Shown piece after piece: positions 20,926 to 31,447 of a stretch of 64,000 nucleotides of DNA. The notes below the pieces were generated by a model. That model ran no database searches. It was not told the origin of the DNA and saw nothing but the letters and a program-made list of their open reading frames with translations. The DNA comes from an uncultured Isosphaeraceae bacterium (lineage in GTDB: Bacteria; Planctomycetota; Planctomycetia; Isosphaerales; Isosphaeraceae): NCBI GenBank assembly GCA_945957605.1, contig CAMFLR010000002.1, positions 232,197 to 296,196 of the forward strand, written 5' to 3'. The translations under genes and the position numbers were made by a program. How positions within the stretch are numbered: the stretch's first letter is position 1; every line of letters begins with the position of its first letter.

Positions 20926-22287
20926 ATGATTCATCTTCTGGATACGATGGCTGGTCGGCCGACGCGGGTGATGGCCGCGGGAATTGTCACCACGCTCGCC
21001 CTGCTGATTTCGGGATGCCAGCATCAGGTCGAAAAAGCCGCGCCCCCTGCTCCAACGGTCGGCGTGTATGAATCAAAGCGAATGAGCTTGCCGATCGAAG
21101 TGGCACCGAACGGCACCACGCGATCGCTTGAAAACGTAACGATTCGCGCCCGTGTCCGCGGCTTCTTGACCGAACGCCACTTTGTCGAAGGGGCGATGGT
21201 CAAGAAGGGACAGCTTCTGCTCGTGATCGACGAAGAGCCGTACCAGGTGGCGTTGCAGTCAGCCAAGGCTCGTCATGCCGAGGCACTCGCATCGCTCAAA
21301 AAAGCCGAAGAATCAAAGGGACGCGAAGTTTCAGCGGCGACGCTCGAACTCGATCGTGCCCAGCTCTTGCTCGCTCAGATTCAGGAAAAACGTAATCGCT
21401 CGCTCGTCACACGGCACGCAGCGCCCGTCGAAGACCTCGATAAAACCGAGGCCGACCGCAAGCGCTGGGAGTCGCAACTCGACGCAGACCGTGCCAACCT
21501 CGAACAGGCCAAGGCCGATTACGACGTCGGACTCGCTTCAGCCCGTGCCCAGGTATCCGCCGCGGCCGCGGCCGTTCGCGACGCCGAACTGAACCTGGGC
21601 TACTGCCGGATGCACGCCCCCATCTCTGGTCGCATTGGCGAGGCCCGCATGAAAGTCGGCAATCTGGTAGGCCCCGACAGTGGCGGCGGTGGTAACTTCT
21701 CCGAACTGGCGACGATTCAACAGCTCGACCCGATGGGCGTTGATATCAAGCTCAGCTCACGGGAACTCGAACGTACCACGACCTTGATGGCGAGCGGCCT
21801 CAAGGTGCAGCTCGTGCGCATGGGACCAACCGGCCTCGTTGAACATCCGCAATCCGGCTCAGGTTACTTCATCGATAACTCAGTCGACGAAACGACCTCG
21901 ACGTTCCTTCTCAAGGCCAGCATTCCCAACCCGGGCGGCAAGCTGCTGCCGGGCGAGTACGTCAAGGTGAGGATGGTCATCGATCACCTGCAAGACGCAG
22001 TGGTTGTGCCTGTCCCCTCGGTTGTTGAGTCGGACGCCGGCACAGTCGTTCACGTTGTTGATAACGACGGGAAAGTGGCCGTGCGCAAGGTTGTGGCAGG
22101 CCAGTCGCACGAAGGCTTGCGAGTGATCACAAAAGGTCTCGACGCCGGTGCCCATGTGATTGTCGACGGCCTGCAGATGATCCGTCCCGGCCTGTCGGTG
22201 AAAACCGTCCCTGCCGAACTGACTCGTAAGGAAACGGCCGGCACAACAATCACCACAGCCGAAGCGTCAACCTCGCCGCGATCCTAA
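20926..22287 (+). CDS. Efflux RND transporter periplasmic adaptor subunit (membrane fusion protein)
   Basis: Lipoprotein-like start MIHLLDTMAGRPTRVMAAGIVTTLALLISGC with GAGGAA upstream. Coiled-coil and lipoyl/beta-barrel regions are typical of HlyD/AcrA-family proteins. Confidence 0.85.
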   Translation: MIHLLDTMAGRPTRVMAAGIVTTLALLISGCQHQVEKAAPPAPTVGVYESKRMSLPIEVAPNGTTRSLENVTIRARVRGFLTERHFVEGAMVKKGQLLLVIDEEPYQVALQSAKARHAEALASLKKAEESKGREVSAATLELDRAQLLLAQIQEKRNRSLVTRHAAPVEDLDKTEADRKRWESQLDADRANLEQAKADYDVGLASARAQVSAAAAAVRDAELNLGYCRMHAPISGRIGEARMKVGNLVGPDSGGGGNFSELATIQQLDPMGVDIKLSSRELERTTTLMASGLKVQLVRMGPTGLVEHPQSGSGYFIDNSVDETTSTFLLKASIPNPGGKLLPGEYVKVRMVIDHLQDAVVVPVPSVVESDAGTVVHVVDNDGKVAVRKVVAGQSHEGLRVITKGLDAGAHVIVDGLQMIRPGLSVKTVPAELTRKETAGTTITTAEASTSPRS

Positions 22288-22311
22288 CCGCGGCGACATT
22301 TCCTGAGTGCC

Positions 22312-22390
22312 ATGCTTCCGCGAATGCGTAAGCATGCAAACCACCTTCGATTCGTCTGAGGCGAACATGCTTACGCATTTGCGTAAGCAT
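22312..22390. promoter_or_regulatory. Pair of palindromic sites in the adaptor-pump intergenic region
   Basis: Site B at 22367-22390 is atgcttacgcattTGCGTAAGCAT, a perfect 11-2-11 palindrome. Site A at 22312-22335 is the related atgcttccgcgaATGCGTAAGCAT. Confidence 0.5.
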
Positions 22391-22480
22391 AACGCTCGCA
22401 CTGCGTAACCACTCCAGCTCTGTCTCTTCGCGGCTGGTCGTTCTCGGTTCACAATCGTTCCTACCTGGGACACAGCGGCC

Positions 22481-25400
22481 ATGGTTGACTTTTTCATTCG
22501 CAGACCCATTTTCGCGACCGTCTCCGCGCTGCTGATGCTCCTCATCGGCGGCCTTTGCGCGTTCCAACTGCCGGTCGCACAGTACCCGCAAATCGTGCCG
22601 CCCCAGGTGCAAGTCACCACGACCTACACCGGTGCCGATGCGTTGAGCGTCGCGCGTACGGTGACAACGCCGATCGAACAGCAGATCAACGGCACGAAGG
22701 GGATGATCTATTACAGTTCCGACAGCACGAGCAACGGTGTCTCGAACATCGTCGCAACGTTCGACGTCGGCTACTCGCAGGATATGGCTGCGGTCGACAT
22801 CCAGAATCGCGTGCAGACCGCCCAGGCGCAGCTTCCGCCCGAAGTAAAACAGTACGGTGTGTCGATCAAAAAGACCTCGACCGACATGGTCTGCGTCGTC
22901 AACTTGATCTCTCCCGACGGCCGTTACGACGCCACATTTCTCGACAACTTCGGCCAGATTCACGTTGCCGACGTGCTGAAACGCGTGAACGGTGTCAGCG
23001 AAGCGACAGTGCTCGGCCGCAAGTACGCCATGCGTATCTGGATCGACCCCGACCGCATGGCCAACATGAAGATCGCCCCGACCGAGGTGATCCAGGCGAT
23101 TCAGCAGGAAAACGTCCAGGCCGCGGCCGGTAAGATTGGTGCTCGTCCCGTCCCCACCGGCCAGGACCTCGAACTTCCAATCACGCTTAAAGGACGACTC
23201 GAAAAGGCGACCGAGTTCGAGGAAATCATTGTTCGCCGCGGCGACGACGGCTCGATCGTCCGCGTGAAGGATGTTGCCCGCGTCGAACTCTCGTCCGAAA
23301 ACTTCGAGTCGGCCTCGTACATCGACGGCAAGCCGGCCGGCGGTATCCTGATCTTCCAGTATGCCGATGCCAACGCGCTCGACATCATCCACACCGTTCG
23401 GCGGGAGATGGATCAGCTCAAAAAGACCTTTCCCGAAGGTCTCGACTACACGATCGTCTACAACACGACCGATTATGTCGACGAGAACATCAAGGAAGTC
23501 GAACATACGCTCATTGAGTCGTTTGTGCTCGTTATGATCGTCGTGTTCGTGTTCTTGCAAGGCTTCCGCGCCACGATCATCCCGATGCTGGCGATTCCCG
23601 TGTCGCTCGTGGCGACGTTCGCGGTCATGCTCGTCTTCGGCTTCTCGATCAACTCACTCACGTTATGCGGACTTGTACTCGCGATTGGCCTCGTCGTCGA
23701 CGACGCAATCATCGTCGTCGAAAACGTCGAAAAATTCCTGCATCGCGGCTTCAAACCAATCGACGCCACGCGCTCGGCCATGCGTGAAATCACCACGCCG
23801 ATCGTCACTATCACCTTCGTGCTGGCTGCGGTGTTCGTCCCCGTCGCGTTCATGCCGGGTATGACGGGCAAGCTCTACAACCAGTTTGCGATGACGATCG
23901 TCATCTCGTTCGTCTTCTCCGCGTTCAACTCACTCACGTTCAGCCCGGCGATGTCGCGTCTCTTCCTCCGTGAAAAACACGGCGAAACCCGCTTTTTCCT
24001 CTTCCGCTGGTTCAACGCTCTTTTGAGCTGGATTGAGAACTCATACGACTCCGTGCTCGAATGGACGGCGAAGCGGTGGTGGACGATCGTCGTGCCCTCG
24101 CTTGCCCTGCTCGTGCTCACGGGTTGGATGATTTCCACGCGGCCGAAAGCGTTCATTCCCACGGAAGACCAAGGCTACGTCATCTGCGTGATTCAAACGC
24201 CGGATGGCACCAGCGGTGAAAAAACCGCAGCGGTGATCCAGCGTGTCGAAAAAATCTGCCGCGAACAGGAAGGCGTGGAACACACGGTTGCGATCGAAGG
24301 TTTGAACGTCATCACCTCGACCAACCAAACGAATTGCGGCGTGGTTTTCGCACGGCTTGAAGACTGGCAAAAACGTCGCACGCCAGCCCTGCGTGCCAGA
24401 GGCCTCGCACAAAGCCTTCAGGGCAAAGTTGGTGCGGTCCGTGAAGCGGTGGTCATGGTGATCGAGCCACCGGCCATTCGCGGTTTGAGCCCGACGGGTG
24501 GCTTCGAGCTGATGGTTGAAGACCGCGCCGGCAAGGGTGTCGATGCCTTGCAAAAAGCGGTCGACCGCTTCCAGGATGAAGCTCGCAAGCGACCTGAACT
24601 CGCGGGCGTGTTCTCAACATTCTCGGCACGCGTACCGCAGCTCAAGTTCGACGTCGATCGCACTAAGGCACGCCGCCTCGACGTGCCGATTTCCGACCTC
24701 TTCGCCACGTTGCAAGCGAACCTGGGCGGTTACTACATCAACGACTTCGACCTATACGGCAAGGTCTGGAAGGTCATGCTCCAGGCCGAAGGCAGCGTGC
24801 GCACCCGTCCTGAAGATATTCAGAATCTCTACGTGCTCAACCGTAAGGGCGAACGCGTTCCGCTCAGTTCGCTGGGTGATGTTCGCTATGCCCTCGGCCC
24901 CATCGACGTGCCGCACTATAACCTTTATGCATCAGCGAAGGTGAACGGCGGCCCCGCGCCGGGTTTCAGCTCGGGCCAGGCGCTCGAAGCGATGAAGGAA
25001 GTCGCCGAAGAGGTGTTGCCCGACGGCTTCAGCACCGAATGGACCGGCACGACGTTCCAGGAACAAAAAACCGGCAATCAGGCCATCTATATCTTCGCAC
25101 TCTCCGTTGTGTGCGTGTTCCTCTTCATGGCCGCGCTCTACGAAAGCTGGATCCGGCCGACGGTCATCATTCTCACCGTCCCCCTGGCCATGTTCGGCGC
25201 AATCGTGGGGCTCTGGCTCTACGACATGCCGCTCGACGTCTTCGGTCAGATCGGCCTCGTCATGCTCATCGGCCTCGAAACCAAGAACGCGATTCTTATC
25301 GTCGAGTTCGGCGTCGAGATGAGACACAAGGGAGTCGGCATCCTCGAATCGGCAAAGGCCGCGTCACGCGAACGGTTGCGACCGATTTTGATGACGTCGT

Positions 25401-25675
25401 TCGCGTTCGTGATGGGCGTGCTGCCGATGGCCCGCGCCACTGGTGCCGGTGCTTACAGCCGAAACTCGCTGGGTATCGTGATCGCCTTCGGTATCGCCGT
25501 CAGTACGATCCTCGGTCGATTCGTAATTCCCATCTACTACGTGCTCGGCGAACGACTGATTGATTACTTTGCCAAGGGCAAGGGCGATTCGACCGCCACG
25601 GAAACGCCGCACGTCGATCACCACAACGGTCACGTCACGCCCGAACACGAACCCGTGCCTATCGGGGCACACTAG
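22481..25675 (+). CDS. Efflux RND transporter permease subunit (AcrB/HAE1 family)
   Basis: MVDFFIRRPIFATVSALLMLLIGGLCAFQLPVAQYPQIVPP... at 1064 aa with the 12-TM / two-periplasmic-loop architecture. Confidence 0.9.
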   Translation: MVDFFIRRPIFATVSALLMLLIGGLCAFQLPVAQYPQIVPPQVQVTTTYTGADALSVARTVTTPIEQQINGTKGMIYYSSDSTSNGVSNIVATFDVGYSQDMAAVDIQNRVQTAQAQLPPEVKQYGVSIKKTSTDMVCVVNLISPDGRYDATFLDNFGQIHVADVLKRVNGVSEATVLGRKYAMRIWIDPDRMANMKIAPTEVIQAIQQENVQAAAGKIGARPVPTGQDLELPITLKGRLEKATEFEEIIVRRGDDGSIVRVKDVARVELSSENFESASYIDGKPAGGILIFQYADANALDIIHTVRREMDQLKKTFPEGLDYTIVYNTTDYVDENIKEVEHTLIESFVLVMIVVFVFLQGFRATIIPMLAIPVSLVATFAVMLVFGFSINSLTLCGLVLAIGLVVDDAIIVVENVEKFLHRGFKPIDATRSAMREITTPIVTITFVLAAVFVPVAFMPGMTGKLYNQFAMTIVISFVFSAFNSLTFSPAMSRLFLREKHGETRFFLFRWFNALLSWIENSYDSVLEWTAKRWWTIVVPSLALLVLTGWMISTRPKAFIPTEDQGYVICVIQTPDGTSGEKTAAVIQRVEKICREQEGVEHTVAIEGLNVITSTNQTNCGVVFARLEDWQKRRTPALRARGLAQSLQGKVGAVREAVVMVIEPPAIRGLSPTGGFELMVEDRAGKGVDALQKAVDRFQDEARKRPELAGVFSTFSARVPQLKFDVDRTKARRLDVPISDLFATLQANLGGYYINDFDLYGKVWKVMLQAEGSVRTRPEDIQNLYVLNRKGERVPLSSLGDVRYALGPIDVPHYNLYASAKVNGGPAPGFSSGQALEAMKEVAEEVLPDGFSTEWTGTTFQEQKTGNQAIYIFALSVVCVFLFMAALYESWIRPTVIILTVPLAMFGAIVGLWLYDMPLDVFGQIGLVMLIGLETKNAILIVEFGVEMRHKGVGILESAKAASRERLRPILMTSFAFVMGVLPMARATGAGAYSRNSLGIVIAFGIAVSTILGRFVIPIYYVLGERLIDYFAKGKGDSTATETPHVDHHNGHVTPEHEPVPIGAH

Positions 25676-25762
25676 GTCTCGCGTGGAACGGCGGAGGCCA
25701 CTCACTCCGCCGTTCTATTCTCGGTGCAATCTACTCTCCAGCGGTTGTAAGGGAGCGGTGTC

Positions 25763-26236
25763 GTGTTGAGTTCGAAGCTGAGTGTGGGCACACACATCAT
25801 GACGATCTTCGCCCTTAAACCGGGCGAACCGCTTACGTCGGAGTTCATCGCGTGTAGCGTGAACACCAATCCCGTCGTCATCCGCCGCCTTCTCGGCTCG
25901 TTGCGCGAAGCGGGAATCGTCGACTCGAAAATCGGCGTCGGCGGCGGCTGGTCGCTCCTGGTTGATCCTGAAAATCTCACGCTACTCGACATCCTCCGCG
26001 CCGTCGAACCACAGAACGCAATCTTCACCCTCCCACGTAGCGTCCCCAACCCCGAATGTCCCTGCGGCCTGTATATTTCGGGTGTTTTGACCGAAGTTTA
26101 CGACAAGGTACAGGCAGGAATGGCCCAGCAACTCGCCGAGATTTCGATCGCGTGGATTGCGGAACAAATCAGCAACCGAATTCACTGCGACGAAGAGGCG
26201 CTGGCTGCCTTCACGAACTGCGAAGTTCCAAGATAG
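25763..26236 (+). CDS. Rrf2 family transcriptional regulator (copy 1)
   Basis: GTG start; LSSKLSVGTHIMTIFALKPGEPLTSEFIACSVNTNPVVIRRLLGSLREAGIVDSKIGVGGGWSLL shows a winged helix typical of the Rrf2 family. Confidence 0.8.
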   Translation: MLSSKLSVGTHIMTIFALKPGEPLTSEFIACSVNTNPVVIRRLLGSLREAGIVDSKIGVGGGWSLLVDPENLTLLDILRAVEPQNAIFTLPRSVPNPECPCGLYISGVLTEVYDKVQAGMAQQLAEISIAWIAEQISNRIHCDEEALAAFTNCEVPR

Positions 26237-26390
26237 ATTGCACAATCGGCAACGCGTGCTGATCTTTTCGCATTTTTTCCGCGCGTTGCGACGGAAAGAC
26301 AATAGAATGGTGTCGCGCAAAGTTGGCTGATTCTTGGCGTCCCCTTTTCAATTGCCGCCGAAACACAGGCGATCTCACAGAGGAGTTGGC

Positions 26391-27398
26391 ATGAGCGCAA
26401 AGGCATGGGTTGCGAAGGGGCCGAAACAGAAAATGGCCCTCGAATCGATCGATCTCGGACCGCTCGGACACGAAGACGTCGAGGTCGCAGTCGAGCATTG
26501 CGGCGTCTGTCACTCCGACCTCTCGGTGTTAAATAACGACTGGGGGATTTCGCAATATCCCGCAGTCCTCGGTCACGAAGTGATCGGCCGCGTAAGCGCA
26601 CTCGGTCCGGGCGCAAAGGGACTGAAAGTCGGCCAGCACGTCGGCGTCGGCTGGACGGCCAATAGCTGCCAGCACTGCCGCCAATGTCTCTCCGGCGATC
26701 AGCATCTTTGCAATAAAGCTCAACCCACAATCGTCGGCCGCCGCGGTGGTTTCGCGTCTCACATCCGCGCTCACTGGTCGTGGACCATCCCCCTGCCCGA
26801 CGCGCTCAATTGTGCGGAAGCCGGCCCGCTGCTTTGCGGCGGCATCACCGTCTTCAACCCGCTCGCCATGTTCGCCAAGCCGACCGACCGTGTCGGAATC
26901 GTCGGCATCGGCGGTCTCGGCCACATGGCAGTGAAATTCGCTCATGCCTACGGCTGCGACGTCACCGCATTCACGTCGAGCGAGAGCAAGTTCGACGAAG
27001 CGCGAGGATTTGGTGCCGATCACGTCGTCTCAAGCCGCGACTCGGCCGCGATTAAATCGCTCGCGGGATCGATCGACATGCTCATCGTCACCGTTAACGT
27101 TCCGCTCGATTGGGACGCGATGCTCGGCACCCTCGCCCCAAACGGTCGTATGCATATGGTCGGCGCGGTGACCGAGCCAGTTCCCGTCGCCGTCTTCCCG
27201 CTCATCCTGAAACAAGGAAGCATCTCGGCTTCACCGACCGGTTCACCCGTCGACATCGCCACGATGCTCGACTTCTCCGCGCGACATAAAATCACGCCGC
27301 AAACCGAACATATGCCGATGAGCCAGATCAACGAAGCATTCGAACGACTCGAAGCCGGTAAGGCCCGCTACCGGATCATCCTCGACGCCGATTTCTAA
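26391..27398 (+). CDS. Zn-dependent alcohol dehydrogenase (cinnamyl-alcohol/aldehyde reductase-like, MDR family)
   Basis: MSAKAWVAKGPKQKMALESIDLGPLGHEDVEVAVEHCGVCHSDLS; GHEVIGRV; GIGGLGHMAVKFA. The ATG at 26391 is preceded by ggagttgg. Confidence 0.85.
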   Translation: MSAKAWVAKGPKQKMALESIDLGPLGHEDVEVAVEHCGVCHSDLSVLNNDWGISQYPAVLGHEVIGRVSALGPGAKGLKVGQHVGVGWTANSCQHCRQCLSGDQHLCNKAQPTIVGRRGGFASHIRAHWSWTIPLPDALNCAEAGPLLCGGITVFNPLAMFAKPTDRVGIVGIGGLGHMAVKFAHAYGCDVTAFTSSESKFDEARGFGADHVVSSRDSAAIKSLAGSIDMLIVTVNVPLDWDAMLGTLAPNGRMHMVGAVTEPVPVAVFPLILKQGSISASPTGSPVDIATMLDFSARHKITPQTEHMPMSQINEAFERLEAGKARYRIILDADF

Positions 27399-27588
27399 CG
27401 CCTGATCAAACCTCGAGACGGCGGGTCTGGTTGCTTCGTGCAGCCATCGCCCGCCGTTTTCTTGCGCCCAATTTGTATGCCCCGGTCGGATCGAAGCATG
27501 ACCAGATTTAACGCGCCGTCTATTCCCTCGAAGTAGGGAGTCATGTACCATGCGGCTGTCGAGTCGTGGCTGATGACCGGGAGGCGCA

Positions 27589-28419
27589 ATGTCGAGGTCG
27601 GGTTCACTGCGCTCGGACGACATCCGCGCGATTTTTCAGCTCGTCGGTGAATGCCGTGAACTGGGCGACGACCGCCTGCTCTGGCGAAATCACCTCCTCG
27701 CCTCACTCGCCAATCTCGTCGATGCCGACCTCGGCTCGTCCGGGGAAATGAGCGGCTGCCGGAGGCTCGAAGTTGCCGACCTCGGCGTAACGCACTGGAT
27801 GCGCCCTGGCCTGTTCGACCCTGCCGTCATCGACGCGGCAATGGAAAATTTTCGAAGCGACCCCGCCCGAACGCCGATTCTGCTCAAATATCTTCGCCAA
27901 GACCCACTCGACCACGGCACGTGCATCGCGCGCCCGGCGTTGCTCGACGACCGACGTTGGTACGCCTCCGACGATTACCAGGTGATCTTTCGCCCCTGCG
28001 GGCTTGACCAGGTTCTGTGGTGCTTCCGCGATCTCGGACATCCATCGACTGGTGAAAGCGCAGGACTAGTCCTCACGCGTTCTCACGGACGACCAAAATT
28101 CTCTCCACGCGAATTGCTGATCGTCCAGGAAACGCATAACGCAATTGCGTCGCTGATCGGTGGCCCACTCGCGCGATTCAACGAGCCCTCACCGCTCGAT
28201 CTGGGACCGCGCGTCCGCCAAGTCTTGATGTGTCTGCTCGAAGGCGACGGCGACAAGCAAATCGCCGCGAGGCTCGCAATGAGCCCGCACACCGTCAATC
28301 AGTACACCAAGGCGATCTTCCGCCATTTTGGCTGTCAGAGCCGTGCAGAACTACTTGCCCGCTGGATTCGTCGCCATTCACACAAAAACAACGGTCAGAC
28401 CGGGATCGATCCGGCCTGA
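27589..28419 (+). CDS. LuxR-family transcriptional regulator (C-terminal HTH)
   Basis: C-terminal ...RQVLMCLLEGDGDKQIAARLAMSPHTVNQYTKAIFRHFGCQSRAELL is a GerE/LuxR-type HTH. Confidence 0.7.
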   Translation: MSRSGSLRSDDIRAIFQLVGECRELGDDRLLWRNHLLASLANLVDADLGSSGEMSGCRRLEVADLGVTHWMRPGLFDPAVIDAAMENFRSDPARTPILLKYLRQDPLDHGTCIARPALLDDRRWYASDDYQVIFRPCGLDQVLWCFRDLGHPSTGESAGLVLTRSHGRPKFSPRELLIVQETHNAIASLIGGPLARFNEPSPLDLGPRVRQVLMCLLEGDGDKQIAARLAMSPHTVNQYTKAIFRHFGCQSRAELLARWIRRHSHKNNGQTGIDPA

Positions 28420-28437
28420 CCGTTTTCTGCCTGCGAC

Positions 28438-28914
28438 TCAATTCGCAGCCTTGGCCTTCACGTCGAAATCAAGCACTCCGCCGCCTGAGGGAACCTCAGC
28501 GGGGAAGGCCCCAGATGCACCTTCCGTCGGATCGGCCTTCTTCTTGGCCTTGGGCGCGGCCGTGGACTCAGCAAGAAGTTGGCCTGCGTCGTTCTTGGGC
28601 GTGGGAGGTTCGTCGCCCGCCGTCGCCACGCTGGCAGGCGCCTTGGAAACTCTTACCTGATATTTCCCAGGCGTAAGACCCGCCCGCCCCGCGGCGGTAT
28701 GCGCCATGTAATTGCCTTCAGGACCAGTCGTGTCGGCGCCGAGCGTGCCTTCGCGATTCGACGCGTCGGGCATGAACTCAACAAGCGCACCGCCGTACGG
28801 CTTGCCGTTGAGCGTGATCGTCCCGGTGACCCTCACAAGCTTGGGCTCGCCACCACCGCAGCCAACAAGGCCGACCGAAACCAAACCGACAAAGAACGCT
28901 GTCGCGTATTTCAT
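28438..28914 (-). CDS. Lipoprotein with carboxypeptidase-regulatory-like beta-sandwich; usual DUF1559 partner
   Basis: MKYATAFFVGLVSVGLVGCGG lipobox, then ...RVTGTITLNGKPYGGALVEF.., immediately downstream of a DUF1559 gene on the same strand. Confidence 0.65.
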   Translation of the reverse strand: MKYATAFFVGLVSVGLVGCGGGEPKLVRVTGTITLNGKPYGGALVEFMPDASNREGTLGADTTGPEGNYMAHTAAGRAGLTPGKYQVRVSKAPASVATAGDEPPTPKNDAGQLLAESTAAPKAKKKADPTEGASGAFPAEVPSGGGVLDFDVKAKAAN

Positions 28915-29049
28915 GAGGTTGTTGAACTCGAAATCCGGGTGTCAAAGTGAACCGCATTTCCAGCGCAATGCGCGTATTCCGCCGTCACGCGAGACGATGC
29001 ATGGCGAAACGCGGCAAAAGCAATTCACCATGCATCGGACAATCACACA

Positions 29050-30039
29050 TCAAAACGAATCAGCACTAATCACTTCACCACCTTGAATCGTGCTCAGCGC
29101 GAACCAGGTGTAAGGGCTGATCGAGTTCTTGATGAACCTCACGCTGCCATCGCCGAACAGCATGTTCACGCCGCCGGGATGCTTGCTGCTGAAGTTCCAG
29201 GCATACGGCTTCTGCGGCGTCCCCGGCGGTGTCGCATTCGGCTGCGAGTACTGTTGCAAGGTCAGAGCGCTCTGGCTCGGGTCGAGAATTCGCCCGTGCA
29301 CGGCAGTGTGCGTACCCGCAGCCCAGTATGGGCCATATGCCGTCGCCTGTTTGATCTGGACCGATTCACCTAGCAGCATCGTGTTGCTCAAACCATCGCG
29401 AATTTCAGAAATCCGCGTCGCGTAATCGGTCCAGAACGGAGCCTTGAACTGAGTTGCAATGCTGCCGTAGGTGTAGCCGCAGTTGTAGTCGGTATAGCTA
29501 CCGGTATTGAACAGGTGGTTACTCCGCGCGACGTTGTTCCGTTCGTAAAAGTCCGTCGTGGAAAGCGCGTTCGACGTGACGGTTTGCGGAGGATCATCCG
29601 ACGGGCAAAGGAATGAGTTGATAATAAGACCGGTCACCGTGGTGTTCACCGCATCGGTGCCAATGACAGCCACACCGTACGGACTCGACATACTCGAAGC
29701 ATGGCTGAAGTTGAATGAGTTAAACGTCTGCTGCTGTTCCATCTGGCCGAGAATCAGCGAAAAACCGGTCGTGTTTTTCACACCGTAGCCAACGGGAGGA
29801 GTGGGCGTTGTTGGTGCATTACAGCGACCGCTACCAATCATCGGCGGCGGAAATGCAGTGTTTGCACTCTCATAATTGTGAAGCGCAAGGCCGACCTGTT
29901 TCAAATTGTTCACGCACTGGGCGCGTCTGGCAGCCTCACGCGCGGCCTGCACGGCCGGCAAAAGCAGCGCAATCAACACGGCGATAATCGCGATGACAAC
30001 GAGAAGTTCAATGAGCGTGAACCCACGGCGCAAGCGCAT
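29050..30039 (-). CDS. DUF1559 domain protein with prepilin-type N-terminal motif
   Basis: [56 protein letters not shown]...[21 protein letters not shown]. The ATG at 30039 is preceded by AGGAGAT. Confidence 0.85.
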   Translation of the reverse strand: MRLRRGFTLIELLVVIAIIAVLIALLLPAVQAAREAARRAQCVNNLKQVGLALHNYESANTAFPPPMIGSGRCNAPTTPTPPVGYGVKNTTGFSLILGQMEQQQTFNSFNFSHASSMSSPYGVAVIGTDAVNTTVTGLIINSFLCPSDDPPQTVTSNALSTTDFYERNNVARSNHLFNTGSYTDYNCGYTYGSIATQFKAPFWTDYATRISEIRDGLSNTMLLGESVQIKQATAYGPYWAAGTHTAVHGRILDPSQSALTLQQYSQPNATPPGTPQKPYAWNFSSKHPGGVNMLFGDGSVRFIKNSISPYTWFALSTIQGGEVISADSF

Positions 30040-30851
30040 AAGAATCTCCTGACGTGATGAATGACGTGAAATCACGAAACGAGAAACGGCGACCTGTCAG
30101 CTCAGAAAAAGCCGACGCGTCACAATCGAAAGGGAGAGAGAATCCAGCGGCGAAAGAGGCATGCCTGAAAGGTCTTCGGAAGAGACGAAGACTCAATCAG
30201 AAGATTTGGTGAAATGGTTTCCTGATGAATTACCAATGATTTTATATATCGTGAATTCAACACGACGCAAGTAAAAAAAGTCGCTGTTGTCTAATTTCTC
30301 CACTGAAGAGAAACTCAACGCATTCTCGGGCCGGCGCACTCCGTTCTGTCGCTTATTTATGAGCAGTTTATCAAACTCCGCGATCAGACTTCCGCATCGA
30401 CCGTAACCTCCCGCCTTGACGTCATGAATTCGTCTTGCGCAATTTAAACCGAATACTTGTTTTCTTCTATTAAATGAGCCAAACCGCGAATATCTATATT
30501 CGTTCCCATGAGCGATTCAAACATTTCTAGAAGACTATGAACTGCGTTAACTGACTCTTGCGCACTTTGAACCAAAGAGCATCACAACTGCTACCACGCT
30601 TATGAGCGGAGCAAATCGAAACGTACGGACTCGCCCCACATGTGAACCCGTTGCGAGTCTTCGACGTAGAAATAGGAGCCCGAGGCCGGGCCGAGCCGTG
30701 ACCATCTGAACACCGAGGCCGGGCGATTTTCGGATCCTGGTGTGGTGCCCCTGGCCTTCCCGCGCTAAACTGGTAGGCGGCAACGTTCCTGTGCCGACCT
30801 ACCTGACCATTGCCGGGCGTTCTCTCCATCCGTCGCGAACGGAGCCGAGCT

Positions 30852-31325
30852 GTGTTGAGTTCGAAGCTAAGTGTGGGCACACACATCATGACGATCTTCG
30901 CCCTTAAACCAGGCGAAGGGCTCACGTCGGAGTTCATCGCTTCGAGCGTAAACACCAACCCCGTCGTCATCCGTCGCCTTCTCGGCTCTTTGCGCGAAGC
31001 GGGAATCGTCGATTCGAAAACCGGCGTCGGCGGCGGTTGGTCCCTGCTGGTCGATCCCGCAAAGTTGACGCTGCTCGACATCCTTCGCGCCGTCGAGCCG
31101 CAAAGCGAGATTTTCATGCTGCATCGCAGCACGCCAAATCCCGAATGCCCGTGCGGCCTGCACATTCAAGGTGTGCTGACCGAAGTGTACGACAAGGTTC
31201 AGGAAGGCATGGCGCAGCAGCTTGCCGGTGTGACGATCGCGTGCATTGCGAGCAAGATCACGACGCGAATTCAAAGCGATGAACGCGCGCGAATCGCGTT
31301 TGCAGAATGCAATGGGACCCGCTAA
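30852..31325 (+). CDS. Rrf2 family transcriptional regulator (copy 2, paralog of 25763..26236)
   Basis: The N-terminal ~100 codons are near-identical to copy 1 at DNA level (gtgttgagttcgaagct.agtgtgggcacacacatcatgacgatcttcgcccttaaacc...). The C-terminus diverges. GTG start at 30852; the track ORF starts at 30810. Confidence 0.75.
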   Translation: MLSSKLSVGTHIMTIFALKPGEGLTSEFIASSVNTNPVVIRRLLGSLREAGIVDSKTGVGGGWSLLVDPAKLTLLDILRAVEPQSEIFMLHRSTPNPECPCGLHIQGVLTEVYDKVQEGMAQQLAGVTIACIASKITTRIQSDERARIAFAECNGTR

Positions 31326-31447
31326 GCAACTCGCCGATATCGGCAAATTCTGCCCAATCAAACCAGAACACCCAATTGGCTTATTTCCGATGCGCATAAA
31401 AAAATCCGCCCGGCAAACCGGACGGATTCTTGCGTCTCAGCAGCAAA

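Noticed and set aside
22250-23560. 436-aa minus-strand ORF
   Set aside because: It is antisense to the unmistakable AcrB-family pump gene and has Asp/Arg-rich junk composition.
30527-31165. 212-aa minus-strand ORF, and the 115-aa equivalent at 25702-26049
   Set aside because: Both are antisense to the two Rrf2 paralogs. They appear twice simply because the Rrf2 DNA is duplicated.
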